Of a stretch of DNA of 64,000 bases, positions 54,668 through 64,000 are shown in pieces (position 1 is the stretch's first letter; each line of letters begins with the position of its first letter). Position numbers and translations under genes: made by a program. This DNA is from Candidatus Shapirobacteria bacterium GW2011_GWF2_37_20 (lineage in GTDB: Bacteria > Patescibacteriota > Microgenomatia > UBA12405). The stretch covers positions 2,448 to 66,447 of the forward strand of contig LBTB01000006.1 in the NCBI GenBank assembly GCA_000989305.1. The letters are read 5' to 3'. Under the pieces are notes generated by a model that was not told the DNA's origin, searched no databases, and saw only the letters and a list, made by a program, of their open reading frames with translations.

Positions 54668-56293
54668 TTACCCTTCGTTTTTAACCGCACTTTTATTGAT
54701 TTTACTACCGATAATGGTCGAAGATGTCCTAAGTTCCCGGATAACTGTCACTTTTATCTGACCGGCCCATTTGGCCTCTTCTTCGAGTTTATCTGCGATA
54801 TTTTGGCTAAGGACTGTGGCTTCTTCGTCGTTAACAGTAGAGGGTTCGACAATAACCATGACCTCGCGACCAGCTTGATAAGCAGCAACACTGGTAACAC
54901 CAGGAAAGCCCTTGGCGACTTCTTCAATGTTTTGCATTCTCTTGAGATACTCCTCATGAACCTCATAACGGGCTCCAGGACGAGCTCCAGAGGCCGCATC
55001 ACCTAAATAAACTAATACTGACTCCACTGAAGAAAAAGCTTTGTCCTCGTGGTGCTCAGCGACGGCATTGATAACTGCCTCCGGCATTTTATAGTGACGT
55101 AAGAGATCAACACCCAATTCAACGTGAGTTCCTTCCTGATCATTGATGACTTTACCAATATCATGAAGAAGGGTACCCAGGCGAACAGTATTGACATCAG
55201 CCTTTAGGTCAAAAGCCAAAGCGACAGCAATTTTAACTGCCTCAACGGTATGTTTGGCCAAATTTTGACCGTAGGAAAAGCGGAATTTGAATTTACCAAT
55301 TTCTTTTATTAATTCGACAGGTAAGCTATAAACACCGACTTCCTGACAGATTCTTTTACCTTCGTTTAGTAAAATTTTATCCATATCGGCGCGGGTCTGG
55401 GCGACCAATTGTTCTATTTTTACGGGTTGAATACGACCATCTTTGATTAATTTTTCCAAGGTTAAGCGGGCTACCTCGCGGCGAGTAGAATCAAAAGAAG
55501 AGATTCGAATATCGTTGGTTTCATCAAGTTCTAGTTCAACACCGGTAGCTTTCTCGAAAGCACGAATATTGCGGCCTTCGCGGCCAATAATTTTGCCCTT
55601 AATTTTTTCATCGGGAAGGGTAATGGTAGAAACGGTGTACTCAGCCACATAATCGGTAACACCGTGGGTGAGAGCTTCGGAGAGAATTTCTTTAGCTAAT
55701 TCGTCTTGACGGGTACTGAGATCATCCTTGCTTTCTTCGATTTTTTTGGCAAGCCAGGAGGTCATTTTCTTTTCTACACTACTCATTAAAAGCTGTTTGG
55801 CCTTGTCAACATCAAGTCCGGAAATATTTTCAAGCTTTTCCAGTTGTTTTCGATAAAGCTCATCAATTTGATCAGCTTTTTTCTTGATATCAACTTGTTG
55901 GGTGTCAAGAGATTGCTCTTTTTGGAGAAAATATTTTTCCTTCTCATTGAGAGAGGACAATCTTTGGAAGATCTCGGCTTCTTTGGTCTTAGCCTCGGTT
56001 TCGATACGACGGGCATTTTCAATAATAATTTTGGCCTGAGCTTGAGCCTGGGCTTCAATTTGAGGATTAACAACCGGGGCGGCAGGAACAGAATCTGCGG
56101 TAACTTTTTTGGTTTTACCAACTTTTTCTGCCTTAGACGGGGAAAAAACTACCCGATTATTATCGGTATCGGTTTCGGTGACACTTTCAGTAACGGTGTC
56201 ACTTTTGACAACTTTTGAATTAAGCGGCGAAGCGGGAACCTCAGTCGTCCCATTTAAAAGACTTTTAAACTTCGAAAGAAATGAATTAAACAT
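54668..56293 (-). CDS. rny: ribonuclease Y
   Basis: Coiled-coil N-region, KH domain (IIGREGRNIRAFE) and HD domain (LLHDIGKV). Confidence 0.85.
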   Translation of the reverse strand: MFNSFLSKFKSLLNGTTEVPASPLNSKVVKSDTVTESVTETDTDNNRVVFSPSKAEKVGKTKKVTADSVPAAPVVNPQIEAQAQAQAKIIIENARRIETEAKTKEAEIFQRLSSLNEKEKYFLQKEQSLDTQQVDIKKKADQIDELYRKQLEKLENISGLDVDKAKQLLMSSVEKKMTSWLAKKIEESKDDLSTRQDELAKEILSEALTHGVTDYVAEYTVSTITLPDEKIKGKIIGREGRNIRAFEKATGVELELDETNDIRISSFDSTRREVARLTLEKLIKDGRIQPVKIEQLVAQTRADMDKILLNEGKRICQEVGVYSLPVELIKEIGKFKFRFSYGQNLAKHTVEAVKIAVALAFDLKADVNTVRLGTLLHDIGKVINDQEGTHVELGVDLLRHYKMPEAVINAVAEHHEDKAFSSVESVLVYLGDAASGARPGARYEVHEEYLKRMQNIEEVAKGFPGVTSVAAYQAGREVMVIVEPSTVNDEEATVLSQNIADKLEEEAKWAGQIKVTVIRELRTSSTIIGSKINKSAVKNEG

Positions 56294-56442
56294 AGAACCT
56301 CCAATACACTTTATTTGCTATCGAAAAGAGTTACTCTGAACACACAAGGAAGGAGAAAGAGAATAAATCAGAGAGCATTTTAATGTTGATAGTAAAAAAG
56401 TGAAATATATAAATTTAAAAATTGATTTTAAGTCTATGTAGT

Positions 56443-57081
56443 TTACCTGTTTTTTCCTAATTCGTCAATTGCAATTTTTATGTCAGAATAGGCAAAACCC
56501 TTTCTAATTAATGAGGCAATTAATTTGTTTTTGACTGAGTCTTCCACAAGATTTATTGATAAGAACTTTTTTTTGGCTAATAGATCTTTTATTTTTTGAA
56601 CATCATCACTCTGATAGTCTTGAGGGAAAGTAAGGTGATAGAAAGAAAAAAGACGAGAAAGATATTGACGAGAATGTTTTTTGTTTTTACGAAGAAGATA
56701 ATCGGAGAAGGTAGCTTCGTCAAGTAAGTTTAGGGATGATAATTTGGAAACAACCTGATCAATGAGAGAAGAATAGTCACCGCTTAATTTATATTTACGA
56801 AGATAGAAATATAATTTTTGTTTGATTTTAGGCGAAAGAGTTTGGGCAATTTTTGGAGAAAGGGCAATTTGGTTAAGGGAATAGTTATAGAGAAGATAAT
56901 AGAGAGAGGCGGTTTTTATTTTTTCGAACAACTCTTCACTTATATCTAGACCAGCCTTGAGACCCAGGGTAACGAGATCGTCAATATAGAAAGGCAACTT
57001 AGAAGAATCACTAAAGATGAGCCAAACCCGATTATTAGTCCTGCGACTAGGCAGAATCCGGAGTATTTGAAGTGGCATCAT
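56443..57081 (-). CDS. recX: recombination regulator RecX
   Basis: 212 aa, three-helix-repeat protein immediately downstream of recA and overlapping it by 35 nt. Confidence 0.65.
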   Translation of the reverse strand: MMPLQILRILPSRRTNNRVWLIFSDSSKLPFYIDDLVTLGLKAGLDISEELFEKIKTASLYYLLYNYSLNQIALSPKIAQTLSPKIKQKLYFYLRKYKLSGDYSSLIDQVVSKLSSLNLLDEATFSDYLLRKNKKHSRQYLSRLFSFYHLTFPQDYQSDDVQKIKDLLAKKKFLSINLVEDSVKNKLIASLIRKGFAYSDIKIAIDELGKNR

Positions 57082-58126
57082 TGGCTGCGCTTTTAACTTT
57101 TTCCCAAATAAGTTTTGTCAATTCTTTGGCAAGCTTCGGGTTATCTTTAAGATATTTTTTAGAAGCTTCGCGGCCTTGAATATTTTGGTCACCGATTTTA
57201 AAGAAAGCACCGGACTTGGTAACTAGACCGTAAAGAACAGCCATATCGATAAGTGATCCGTTAACTGAAATACCTTCGGTGTTCATGATATCGAACTCGG
57301 CTTCCTTGAAAGGAGGGGCAACTTTGTTTTTTACAATCCGGGCGCGATGTTGAGAACCAATCGACTCACCGCCAGAGGTCTTAATGTTGGCAATTTTTCG
57401 GACATCAATTCGGACTGAAGAATAAAATTTTAGGGCTAAACCGCCGGGAGTAGTTTCAGGATTACCAAACATAACTCCGATCTTTTGACGTAATTGATTA
57501 GTAAAGATAACCACCGCTTTTGATTTACTGATAGCACCGGTTAATTTTCTGAGAGCTTGAGACATAAGACGGGCTTGAACCCCCATCATTGAATCCCCCA
57601 TCTCCCCTTCAATTTCAGCCTTAGGAACAAGGGCAGCAACTGAATCAACGACAATAACATCAACCGCGTTGCTACGGACTAAAGTTTCCACAATTTCCAG
57701 AGCTTGCTCACCGTTGTCGGGCTGAGAAATCAATAAATTGTTTAAATCGACCCCAACGGTGGCGGCACGGACGGGTTCTAGGGCATGTTCGGCATCAATA
57801 AAGGCGGCAGTACCACCCATTTTTTGGGCTTCAGCAATAACATGGAGAGACAAAGTAGTTTTTCCGGAAGCTTCGGGTCCAAAGATTTCCGTAACCCGAC
57901 CACGGGGTAAACCGCCGATACCGAGGGCAATATCTAAAGTGAGACAACCGGTGGGGACCACCTCGATATCCATATCGGTTCGCTCACCCATTTTCATAAT
58001 AGCGCCATCACCATAAGCCTTGGTGATTTGTTCCATTGCCAGACGAACGGCTTCATTTTTTTTGTTTTGGAGACCAGAAGCACCAGAGGCGGCTGATACT
58101 TTTTCTTTTATTTTTTTATTTTTCAT
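57047..58126 (-). CDS. recA: recombinase RecA
   Basis: Walker [17 protein letters not shown], and the L1/L2 loop regions. Confidence 0.95.
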   Translation of the reverse strand: MKNKKIKEKVSAASGASGLQNKKNEAVRLAMEQITKAYGDGAIMKMGERTDMDIEVVPTGCLTLDIALGIGGLPRGRVTEIFGPEASGKTTLSLHVIAEAQKMGGTAAFIDAEHALEPVRAATVGVDLNNLLISQPDNGEQALEIVETLVRSNAVDVIVVDSVAALVPKAEIEGEMGDSMMGVQARLMSQALRKLTGAISKSKAVVIFTNQLRQKIGVMFGNPETTPGGLALKFYSSVRIDVRKIANIKTSGGESIGSQHRARIVKNKVAPPFKEAEFDIMNTEGISVNGSLIDMAVLYGLVTKSGAFFKIGDQNIQGREASKKYLKDNPKLAKELTKLIWEKVKSAANDATSNTPDSA

Positions 58127-58206
58127 TGATTAAGTAATAGCAACCGCGACTATATCAAGTCAAGGAGTAAAACCGAAGAAAAGACGAAGCATGGATAGAT
58201 ATTTAT

Positions 58207-59634
58207 CTAATTAACTGATGGCCATGTTTCAGGACTTATGACGAGAGAATATTTGATACTCAAAAACACGCCTAAAATAAATAGGACATAAATTAGGATT
58301 TTTTGTATTTTAATTAAAGTTTTGTTTGAGCTTAAATAAGTCAAACAAACAAAAAATAAATAAAGAGTATATATAAAACGCCAAAAACTAGTAAAGTGGG
58401 GAAAAATATTGGTAACACCAAGTTTTGGAAGTAAAATTTGGATTGGTATTGAAATCAAGATGGAAAGGGCGGAAATGATATTGATATCGTCCAGGAAATT
58501 GAACATAACGGCGAGGGAAAGAATTAACCAAGGAAAAAAAGGGTAAATATACCAACCATAAGATTCGCTACCCAAAAAAAGGAAAAAGATCAGACAAACA
58601 AAAACCGGAGCACTTATAAGACATTTTTGGTAATTATTTTTGTTTTTTACAAGAAGAATTAACCAGGAAAGCCAGCCACATATTAACCAACCGTCGGTAA
58701 TTGAGAAAGATCCGGTAATTTTGGACTGATTAAGTAATTGGTAAAAAGCAGATATTCCTATTCCATATGTACGTTGGGCGTGAAAAAAAAGTACTTGAAA
58801 AAAAGCTTGAGGATTTAACGCCAATCCATAGACCAATAAAGGAATTACTCCAAAACTAATACTTATAAGGGTAAAAATTATTGCTGGTTTGAATCTTTTT
58901 TTGAATTGAACTGGTGACGAATATAAAATCAGTAAAAATCCGGAGGCGGTAATCATTAAAGCTGGTATCTTAAACCAAATGCCTACTCCAGCGATAAGTG
59001 CAGAGAAAAAGAGATAAATATAATTGCTCTTATTTTGAAATAACTTAATAAAAATAGTTGAGATAAGAAAAAGCGGAATAAATGCATTTTCGGCTTGAGG
59101 AAGACGGTTGGCAACAACTATTAAGGGGGAAACGGAATAAATAAGAGCAGCTATAATACCGGTTTTATAATTAAAATAAAGATAGCCAATTAGAAACAAA
59201 AGTAAAATATTGAGAGCACCCAGATAAACCATGGGTTTCCTGATAAGAACGGTGGTGGCATCTTCCAATACGCGGGCACCTTTTAGGTAAGCAAAACCGC
59301 CAGTTAAAATTCCCATCCCGGGAGGATGGTCAAACCAAGGAATGTGTAAATAAAATGGATTACCATGGGCAGTCCCGGTTTGATAAATATTGTCAACATT
59401 AATGTAACGGTGAATTGGTTGATAAGAATCACTTTCTAAATATGACCACCCGATGGGAACGCCCAATTCTATAAGACCTAAACCGCTCCAGGCGTTGGCA
59501 TATTCATCAGAGGAATCACCCGGTCGGGGAACAGAGCTGTAGTTTTGAAGCCTGAGCCTAAAACCTAAAAAACAAATTAATAAAATACTAATTATTTTGA
59601 CGGTATTAATTAACGATTTTTTATTTAATTCCAT
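58207..59634 (-). CDS. GT-C fold polyprenol-phosphate-dependent glycosyltransferase (ArnT/PMT-like, GT39/GT83)
   Basis: About 12 TM helices. The first periplasmic loop carries a DE motif (RPGDSSDEYANAW), as in ArnT/PMT family enzymes. Confidence 0.65.
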   Translation of the reverse strand: MELNKKSLINTVKIISILLICFLGFRLRLQNYSSVPRPGDSSDEYANAWSGLGLIELGVPIGWSYLESDSYQPIHRYINVDNIYQTGTAHGNPFYLHIPWFDHPPGMGILTGGFAYLKGARVLEDATTVLIRKPMVYLGALNILLLFLIGYLYFNYKTGIIAALIYSVSPLIVVANRLPQAENAFIPLFLISTIFIKLFQNKSNYIYLFFSALIAGVGIWFKIPALMITASGFLLILYSSPVQFKKRFKPAIIFTLISISFGVIPLLVYGLALNPQAFFQVLFFHAQRTYGIGISAFYQLLNQSKITGSFSITDGWLICGWLSWLILLVKNKNNYQKCLISAPVFVCLIFFLFLGSESYGWYIYPFFPWLILSLAVMFNFLDDINIISALSILISIPIQILLPKLGVTNIFPHFTSFWRFIYTLYLFFVCLTYLSSNKTLIKIQKILIYVLFILGVFLSIKYSLVISPETWPSVN

Positions 59635-60121
59635 AATATTGAATAAGGTAATTAAGAGTATATTCGGGATTGAGACAATCTATACTTCCCTTTTTTGTAG
59701 CAATGTCATCCCAAGTAACTTTGCTTTGATTATTTATTAAAATTTTTCGACCTAAATAACATGTCCATTTTTTTTCGTCAAATACTTCTGACGGAGGAAA
59801 ACCAATTATTCTGGCATATTCATTGATAGTGTTTTTCCAAGATTTTTCCCGAAGAACAGTAGTAGCAAAAGTACTGTTTTTTACTCCCTGAGGGCAATGA
59901 AAACTTATTTTTACCCAATTATCCCCAATGTTTGGATCACCACTAATAATGGCATCGCAGGGAGAAAGATATTTGGTCCGCCACTGGGAGGGGGTGGAAA
60001 TTATTGACTCTAAGGCTTTTGACGAAAATAAGTGATTTTGACGATAGCGGATAAAGAAATAGATAAAGACAGAAAATATAAAGAGAAAAATTAGATAGGT
60101 AATAATTACCTTTCGGGACAT
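59621..60121 (-). CDS. hypothetical membrane-anchored protein (166 aa)
   Basis: N-terminal TM, several Cys and Trp. No motifs recognised. Translationally coupled between two GT-C-like genes. Confidence 0.35.
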   Translation of the reverse strand: MSRKVIITYLIFLFIFSVFIYFFIRYRQNHLFSSKALESIISTPSQWRTKYLSPCDAIISGDPNIGDNWVKISFHCPQGVKNSTFATTVLREKSWKNTINEYARIIGFPPSEVFDEKKWTCYLGRKILINNQSKVTWDDIATKKGSIDCLNPEYTLNYLIQYYGIK

Positions 60122-60136
60122 ATAGTCGATTATAGC

Positions 60137-61531
60137 TTATCGTTTGTATAGTCGCGAGACAGACAAGAGATGAAAATCCTTTAAAATCTGGCGAGTAAGC
60201 ACTAAATACGTCAAAATATTGACCAACGAAAACAACCAGGAAAAAATTTGGTTGTTTTCTAAAAATGGTATTGGAATGGCTGGAAAAACCAAATACATAC
60301 CGATAAGGTAAATAGTCGATAAAACAATAAAATAGGGAAAATATTTAGATCTGTAAATTGATAAAAGTAGGAGTGAAGCAATGCCAATAAAGAGATAACG
60401 TTCATGCATACTAGTTAAAAACAACCATCCACCAAAAGCACTAATGAAGAGAGAAGCAAAAATCGACTGAATTTTTTTATATTTAACAACTGAAAATGAA
60501 ACGATTGAGACGAAAAAATAGGCGATATAACCTAATATGGTAATTTTTTGGATAACAAGATCGTCGGTAATGGCAGCGTCTTTTCCGGAGACAAATAGAC
60601 GCCAAAAATTTAAAGAATCAACAGTGATTATAGGTTTTAATGTTAAAAAAATACGAGTATACAATTCGTGAAAGATGTAATTGATGGGTGGTTTTGAAGT
60701 AAATAGTGAAACAATAAAAACGGTGAATAAGATTGCTATAGTTCCACCAAAAAATAATTTCATAATTGATTGTCGCTGTCTAAACCAAATCCAAAGATAT
60801 AGGGGGACTAAAATTAGTCCAGTAGGTTTTAGATTAATGGAAATTGCAAATAATAATGGTGACAGCCATGATTTTTTAGAACCGTTTAATAAAATAAAAG
60901 AAAGTATTAAAAAGATAAAAGAGAGTTGGTCTGACTGACCCCAAAGAGCCGACAAATACCAACTAAAAGGTAAAAATAGAAAGGCTAAAACATATTTCTT
61001 CCAATCTACATGATTTTTTTTACAAAGGTAGTAAACAATAAGGGCAATTATAATATCGGCAATAATCATGGGAAACTTGATGCAAAGTACAATTCCTTTC
61101 AGAAAATAACTATTTTCAAAATGAGCCTCACCAAACCATTTGGTGAAAGCAAAAAACCAAAGAAATTTGGTAGGAGCCAGACGATTTAGGGCAATAAAAT
61201 TACCAAGATTAGAAAAACACATCATCAAAAAACTGTGAAATTGATAGGCCCAAAGATAGACCAGGGAAATTAAAGGCGGATGGTTTGGCCAATAACCGGA
61301 TATCCATTGGTTCCAGTCGTATAAACCCATGGGGCCATTTTTATACATCCATCCACCCCATTCAGCCTGAGTAGTTAAATCACCGTGAGTACTCAAGGGT
61401 GAAATGGCTAAGCGAAAGATAAAAGCAATAAAGAAAAGGGAAATTAAGAGACGATGTTTTTTAAAAAAGGTCGATATTTTTATTGCCAACACAAAATTAT
61501 TATACAATTCAAAAGTTAATTGGGAAGACAA
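60137..61531 (-). CDS. polytopic membrane protein, probable GT-C-type glycosyltransferase
   Basis: 464 aa, 10+ TM helices, with a conserved-looking periplasmic loop (HGDLTTQAEWGGWMYKNGPMGLYDW...NHPPL). Confidence 0.45.
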   Translation of the reverse strand: MSSQLTFELYNNFVLAIKISTFFKKHRLLISLFFIAFIFRLAISPLSTHGDLTTQAEWGGWMYKNGPMGLYDWNQWISGYWPNHPPLISLVYLWAYQFHSFLMMCFSNLGNFIALNRLAPTKFLWFFAFTKWFGEAHFENSYFLKGIVLCIKFPMIIADIIIALIVYYLCKKNHVDWKKYVLAFLFLPFSWYLSALWGQSDQLSFIFLILSFILLNGSKKSWLSPLLFAISINLKPTGLILVPLYLWIWFRQRQSIMKLFFGGTIAILFTVFIVSLFTSKPPINYIFHELYTRIFLTLKPIITVDSLNFWRLFVSGKDAAITDDLVIQKITILGYIAYFFVSIVSFSVVKYKKIQSIFASLFISAFGGWLFLTSMHERYLFIGIASLLLLSIYRSKYFPYFIVLSTIYLIGMYLVFPAIPIPFLENNQIFSWLFSLVNILTYLVLTRQILKDFHLLSVSRLYKR

Positions 61532-61739
61532 AGATCTAATTCGTTTTAAATAGGACTGGGGAAAAATTAGAAGGGACTAAGTCACAGTTTACATTAAAGA
61601 AAAACAAAAATATATGTATTGTTTTCTAAACATAAGTCACTTATCATGAGTTTAATACAGGTGTTGGTAAATTAATATTTTTATCCTGTTTATAGTCATT
61701 TTTTATCTTGCCCCGATAAAAAATTGACAGATAGTTCAT

Positions 61740-63224
61740 ATGAAAAATTATCATGAACGAAAAGGGGCGCTTAGCAGTATTGGAACAAGCGGTATAGATT
61801 TGGTAACTTTTGGAGCCAGCGGAGGAATGGTAACAGGATCATGTGAAAGATTAGATATAAAAAACTCAAGTGTTTTGGTGGATTATGGTTTATTTCAAGG
61901 AAGAAATGACGAAAGATCGGAAAAAGGTGAAAGAAGAAATTTTACTCCAACAAGAGAAATTGCCAGGAATGTGAGAGATATTATGATTACACATCCACAT
62001 ATTGACCACACCGGTCGATTACCAAAGGCATATCGAGATGGTTTTACTCCTAGAGTATTGGCAACAGAAGTCACGGCAACATTTATGGAGCCATTGTTAT
62101 TCAATTCAGCTAAGATACAAAGTAAAGAGAACAAAGAAAACAGACTTTATGAAGCAAAAGATGTTGAAAAAGCTTTTAGATATTTAAAAATTGTTGAACC
62201 GTATAAAGAAATTCCTATTGGACAGGATCACAGTAAAATTACAGTGGAATTTCTACCAAATGGCCATGTAATGGGGGCAAATACAGTATTAATTAGAAGT
62301 AAAGAAGACGGGAAAAAACAAAATATTTTATTTACTGGTGACATGGGAAAACCAAACCAATCATTGAGTGGTGGATATTTAGACCAAGTAGCTAAATACC
62401 CAAATGATCAGATAAATACACTGATAGTGGAATCAACAAACTTTCTGAATGAGCCGGTAAGCTTTAAAGAAAAAGAAGATAATCTATTAAAAGAAATTAC
62501 TAACACATGGAAGGGCGGAGGAACTCCGATTTTACCAGTACTTTCTTTCCACCGTTTTCAAGAAATACTGGAAGTTTTACATAATAATCAGGGAGGCAGA
62601 ATACCAAATGATTGTCAGGTGATTATTGATGCACCACTGGGAGTAAGCCTGCTAGAAAGCTTTAAATCACTTAAACCTGAGGCATTAACAAGACGATATG
62701 GTGATGAGGCAAATTTCTACAGAACACTGGAAGATAGTTTGGATAGATTTACATTAAATAATGTGACCATTGTTGAAGAACATAAGACTTCTTTACAAAT
62801 TGCTGAATCAGATTTTCAAAGAAAGACAATAATTATTGCTGGCGGCGGTATGGGCCAACATGGACGGATAGTTAATTATTTCCATGGTGACTTTTGTAAA
62901 AATCCTAAAAACAGGGTTATTTTCACATGTTTTCAAGTGGACGGAACAAAAGGTCAAATGCTTGAGCATTTAAAAAGTGTCCCTGTTGGAAGCAAACAAG
63001 GAGCTCAGGTGGTAAAAGTTGAAGGTTTTACCAGTCATATTAGTGGACCAGAAGAAACTTTTGCCTTTCTTGAACGATTTAATTTATCAAAACTAGGGAT
63101 AATAATTATTAATCACGGAAAAGATAATGCTAGGGTAGAAATGGCCAACGAATTTAGACGAAGAGATTATGATGCAAAAATAATTATCCCTAAATATAGT
63201 CAAAAAATAACAATCGCGGGGTAA
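61740..63224 (+). CDS. MBL-fold beta-CASP family RNA-metabolising metallo-hydrolase
   Basis: HPHIDHTG (HxHxDH) motif, Asp/His motifs further on, and a beta-CASP-length C-terminal region. Confidence 0.7.
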   Translation: MKNYHERKGALSSIGTSGIDLVTFGASGGMVTGSCERLDIKNSSVLVDYGLFQGRNDERSEKGERRNFTPTREIARNVRDIMITHPHIDHTGRLPKAYRDGFTPRVLATEVTATFMEPLLFNSAKIQSKENKENRLYEAKDVEKAFRYLKIVEPYKEIPIGQDHSKITVEFLPNGHVMGANTVLIRSKEDGKKQNILFTGDMGKPNQSLSGGYLDQVAKYPNDQINTLIVESTNFLNEPVSFKEKEDNLLKEITNTWKGGGTPILPVLSFHRFQEILEVLHNNQGGRIPNDCQVIIDAPLGVSLLESFKSLKPEALTRRYGDEANFYRTLEDSLDRFTLNNVTIVEEHKTSLQIAESDFQRKTIIIAGGGMGQHGRIVNYFHGDFCKNPKNRVIFTCFQVDGTKGQMLEHLKSVPVGSKQGAQVVKVEGFTSHISGPEETFAFLERFNLSKLGIIIINHGKDNARVEMANEFRRRDYDAKIIIPKYSQKITIAG

Positions 63225-63248
63225 AACAGCTCTTAATTAATGTAGATG

Positions 63249-63322
63249 TCGGGAATACAGGATTCGAACCTGCAACCTCACGCACCCCATGCGTGCGCGC
63301 TAGCCAATTGCGCCAATCCCCG
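63249..63322 (-). tRNA. tRNA-Pro (anticodon GGG)
   Basis: Manual fold of the minus strand: acceptor CGGGGAT/ATTCCCG, D-arm GCGC-AATTGGCTA-GCGC, anticodon stem CACGC/GCGTG with loop ATGGGGT (anticodon GGG, G37), T-arm GCAGG-TTCGAAT-CCTGT. No encoded CCA. Confidence 0.8.
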
Positions 63323-63357
63323 AGGAAGACAGTGCTATTTTAACATTATTTTTACGA

Positions 63358-64000
63358 TTAGCTTCGGAATAGTAGGAAAAACAGAAGTGAACGTAAATAT
63401 AGAGCGGCGTATTTAAATTTAGGTAAGGGTTCGTAAGGAAGCGACCATTGGTCATAAACACTTTGGAGGTGTCCTGAAATTTGACGGGCATTATCTCCGG
63501 AAAAATCAGTAGCGTTTAGAGCGTCGGAAAACTCAATTTTAAATCTTGGTAAAACTTTGCTAACAAAAGGAACAATGCGAAGAAAGTCAAAAACAGAGGT
63601 GCCACTGACGTGGGCCATAACAATTTTTGTAGTTTCGGGATATTTTAAATTTTTGACAATATGACCAACACCAGGGAGAAAATCGCGACCATTTTTAGAA
63701 CCACCGGCAGGAAAAACAGCTAAAAGAGAACCTTCATCGATTTTTTGAGTAGCTAGAGTGATACTTTTAATATTTTTTTGATGAGCGACTTCCTGTGAAT
63801 ATTCCGGACTAAAATGAATTTTATTTAATAGTCTGACTTTCCAGTCTGGTCGGGAATCATTGTTGATACGATGACTAATATAAACGGGGATAAGATGTTT
63901 GTTGATAGCCGGCAAGATAGATAAAACACCGTGCATGATAACTAAAAATATTTTGGGGCGATGGGGAACTGCCGCCAAAAGAAGTAAAACATCAGATTGA
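63358..64000 (-). CDS. lysophospholipid (PlsC-like) acyltransferase, C-terminal part; the N-terminus lies beyond the window end
   Basis: The ORF continues in frame past position 64000. LAVFPAGGSKNGRDFLPG resembles acyltransferase motif III (FPEGTR). Confidence 0.45.
   Translation of the reverse strand, partial: QSDVLLLLAAVPHRPKIFLVIMHGVLSILPAINKHLIPVYISHRINNDSRPDWKVRLLNKIHFSPEYSQEVAHQKNIKSITLATQKIDEGSLLAVFPAGGSKNGRDFLPGVGHIVKNLKYPETTKIVMAHVSGTSVFDFLRIVPFVSKVLPRFKIEFSDALNATDFSGDNARQISGHLQSVYDQWSLPYEPLPKFKYAALYLRSLLFFLLFRS

Noticed and set aside
63300-63491. 63-aa minus-strand ORF between the tRNA-Pro and the acyltransferase gene
   Set aside because: It overlaps the tRNA-Pro 5' end (63300-63322) and the 3' end of the acyltransferase ORF, and shows no coding features.
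1-64000. CRISPR arrays, rRNA genes, IS elements, prophage genes
   Set aside because: I scanned for regularly spaced short direct repeats, rRNA signatures (for example the GGATCACCTCCTT 16S tail) and transposase/integrase-like ORFs. I found none. The only tandem repeats are intragenic PT-linker repeats.

Overview
This window reads as a gene-dense, AT-rich bacterial chromosome segment carrying mostly housekeeping genes, interrupted by a few cell-surface and accessory loci. The housekeeping set includes: argS, lon, era, obg, rlmN, trxA, dus, gltX, an archaeal-type class IIb Asp/Asn-tRNA ligase, a DHH/DHHA1 exonuclease I call recJ, a CCA-adding enzyme, secD, secF, miaA, ychF, gmk, HU, RNase Y, recX, recA, trmD and a short pyruvate kinase. 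It also carries tRNA-Gln(CUG), tRNA-Pro(GGG) and a miniature RNase P RNA of about 263 nt. Short forms of Obg and pyruvate kinase, two RRM-type RNA-binding proteins, the archaeal-type AspRS and the tiny RNase P RNA suggest a reduced genome of the Patescibacteria/CPR kind. That placement is inference only.

The three most unusual loci are these. (1) At 12470-14137, a type IV pilin-like protein (class III signal peptide, FTLIE motif) is followed by a Pro/Thr linker and a run of about nine cysteine modules. Most modules fit the inhibitor-cystine-knot (knottin) spacing C-x6-C-x5-CC-x3-C-xn-C. It sits just upstream of tRNA-Gln, which is followed by an Rx4H/zinc-ribbon protein, a PF10127-type nucleotidyltransferase and a cupin. 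(2) At 27815-35169 there is a sortase-centred surface cluster. A 1186-aa open reading frame has an N-terminal Pro/Thr-rich region, four Myxococcus-type cysteine-rich repeats, a DUF11-like region and an internal LPSTG sorting signal. That signal is followed in frame by a second signal-peptide-like segment and a second membrane-anchored domain. The sortase gene overlaps the 3' end of this ORF, and a VanZ-like protein and a lamin-tail-domain secreted protein lie next to it. (3) The recJ-like gene is interrupted by a frameshift in an A-run, which leaves its C-terminal tail out of frame.

I did not find CRISPR arrays, rRNA genes, transposases or integrases. All calls are made by eye from the translations and sequence motifs and were not searched against any database.
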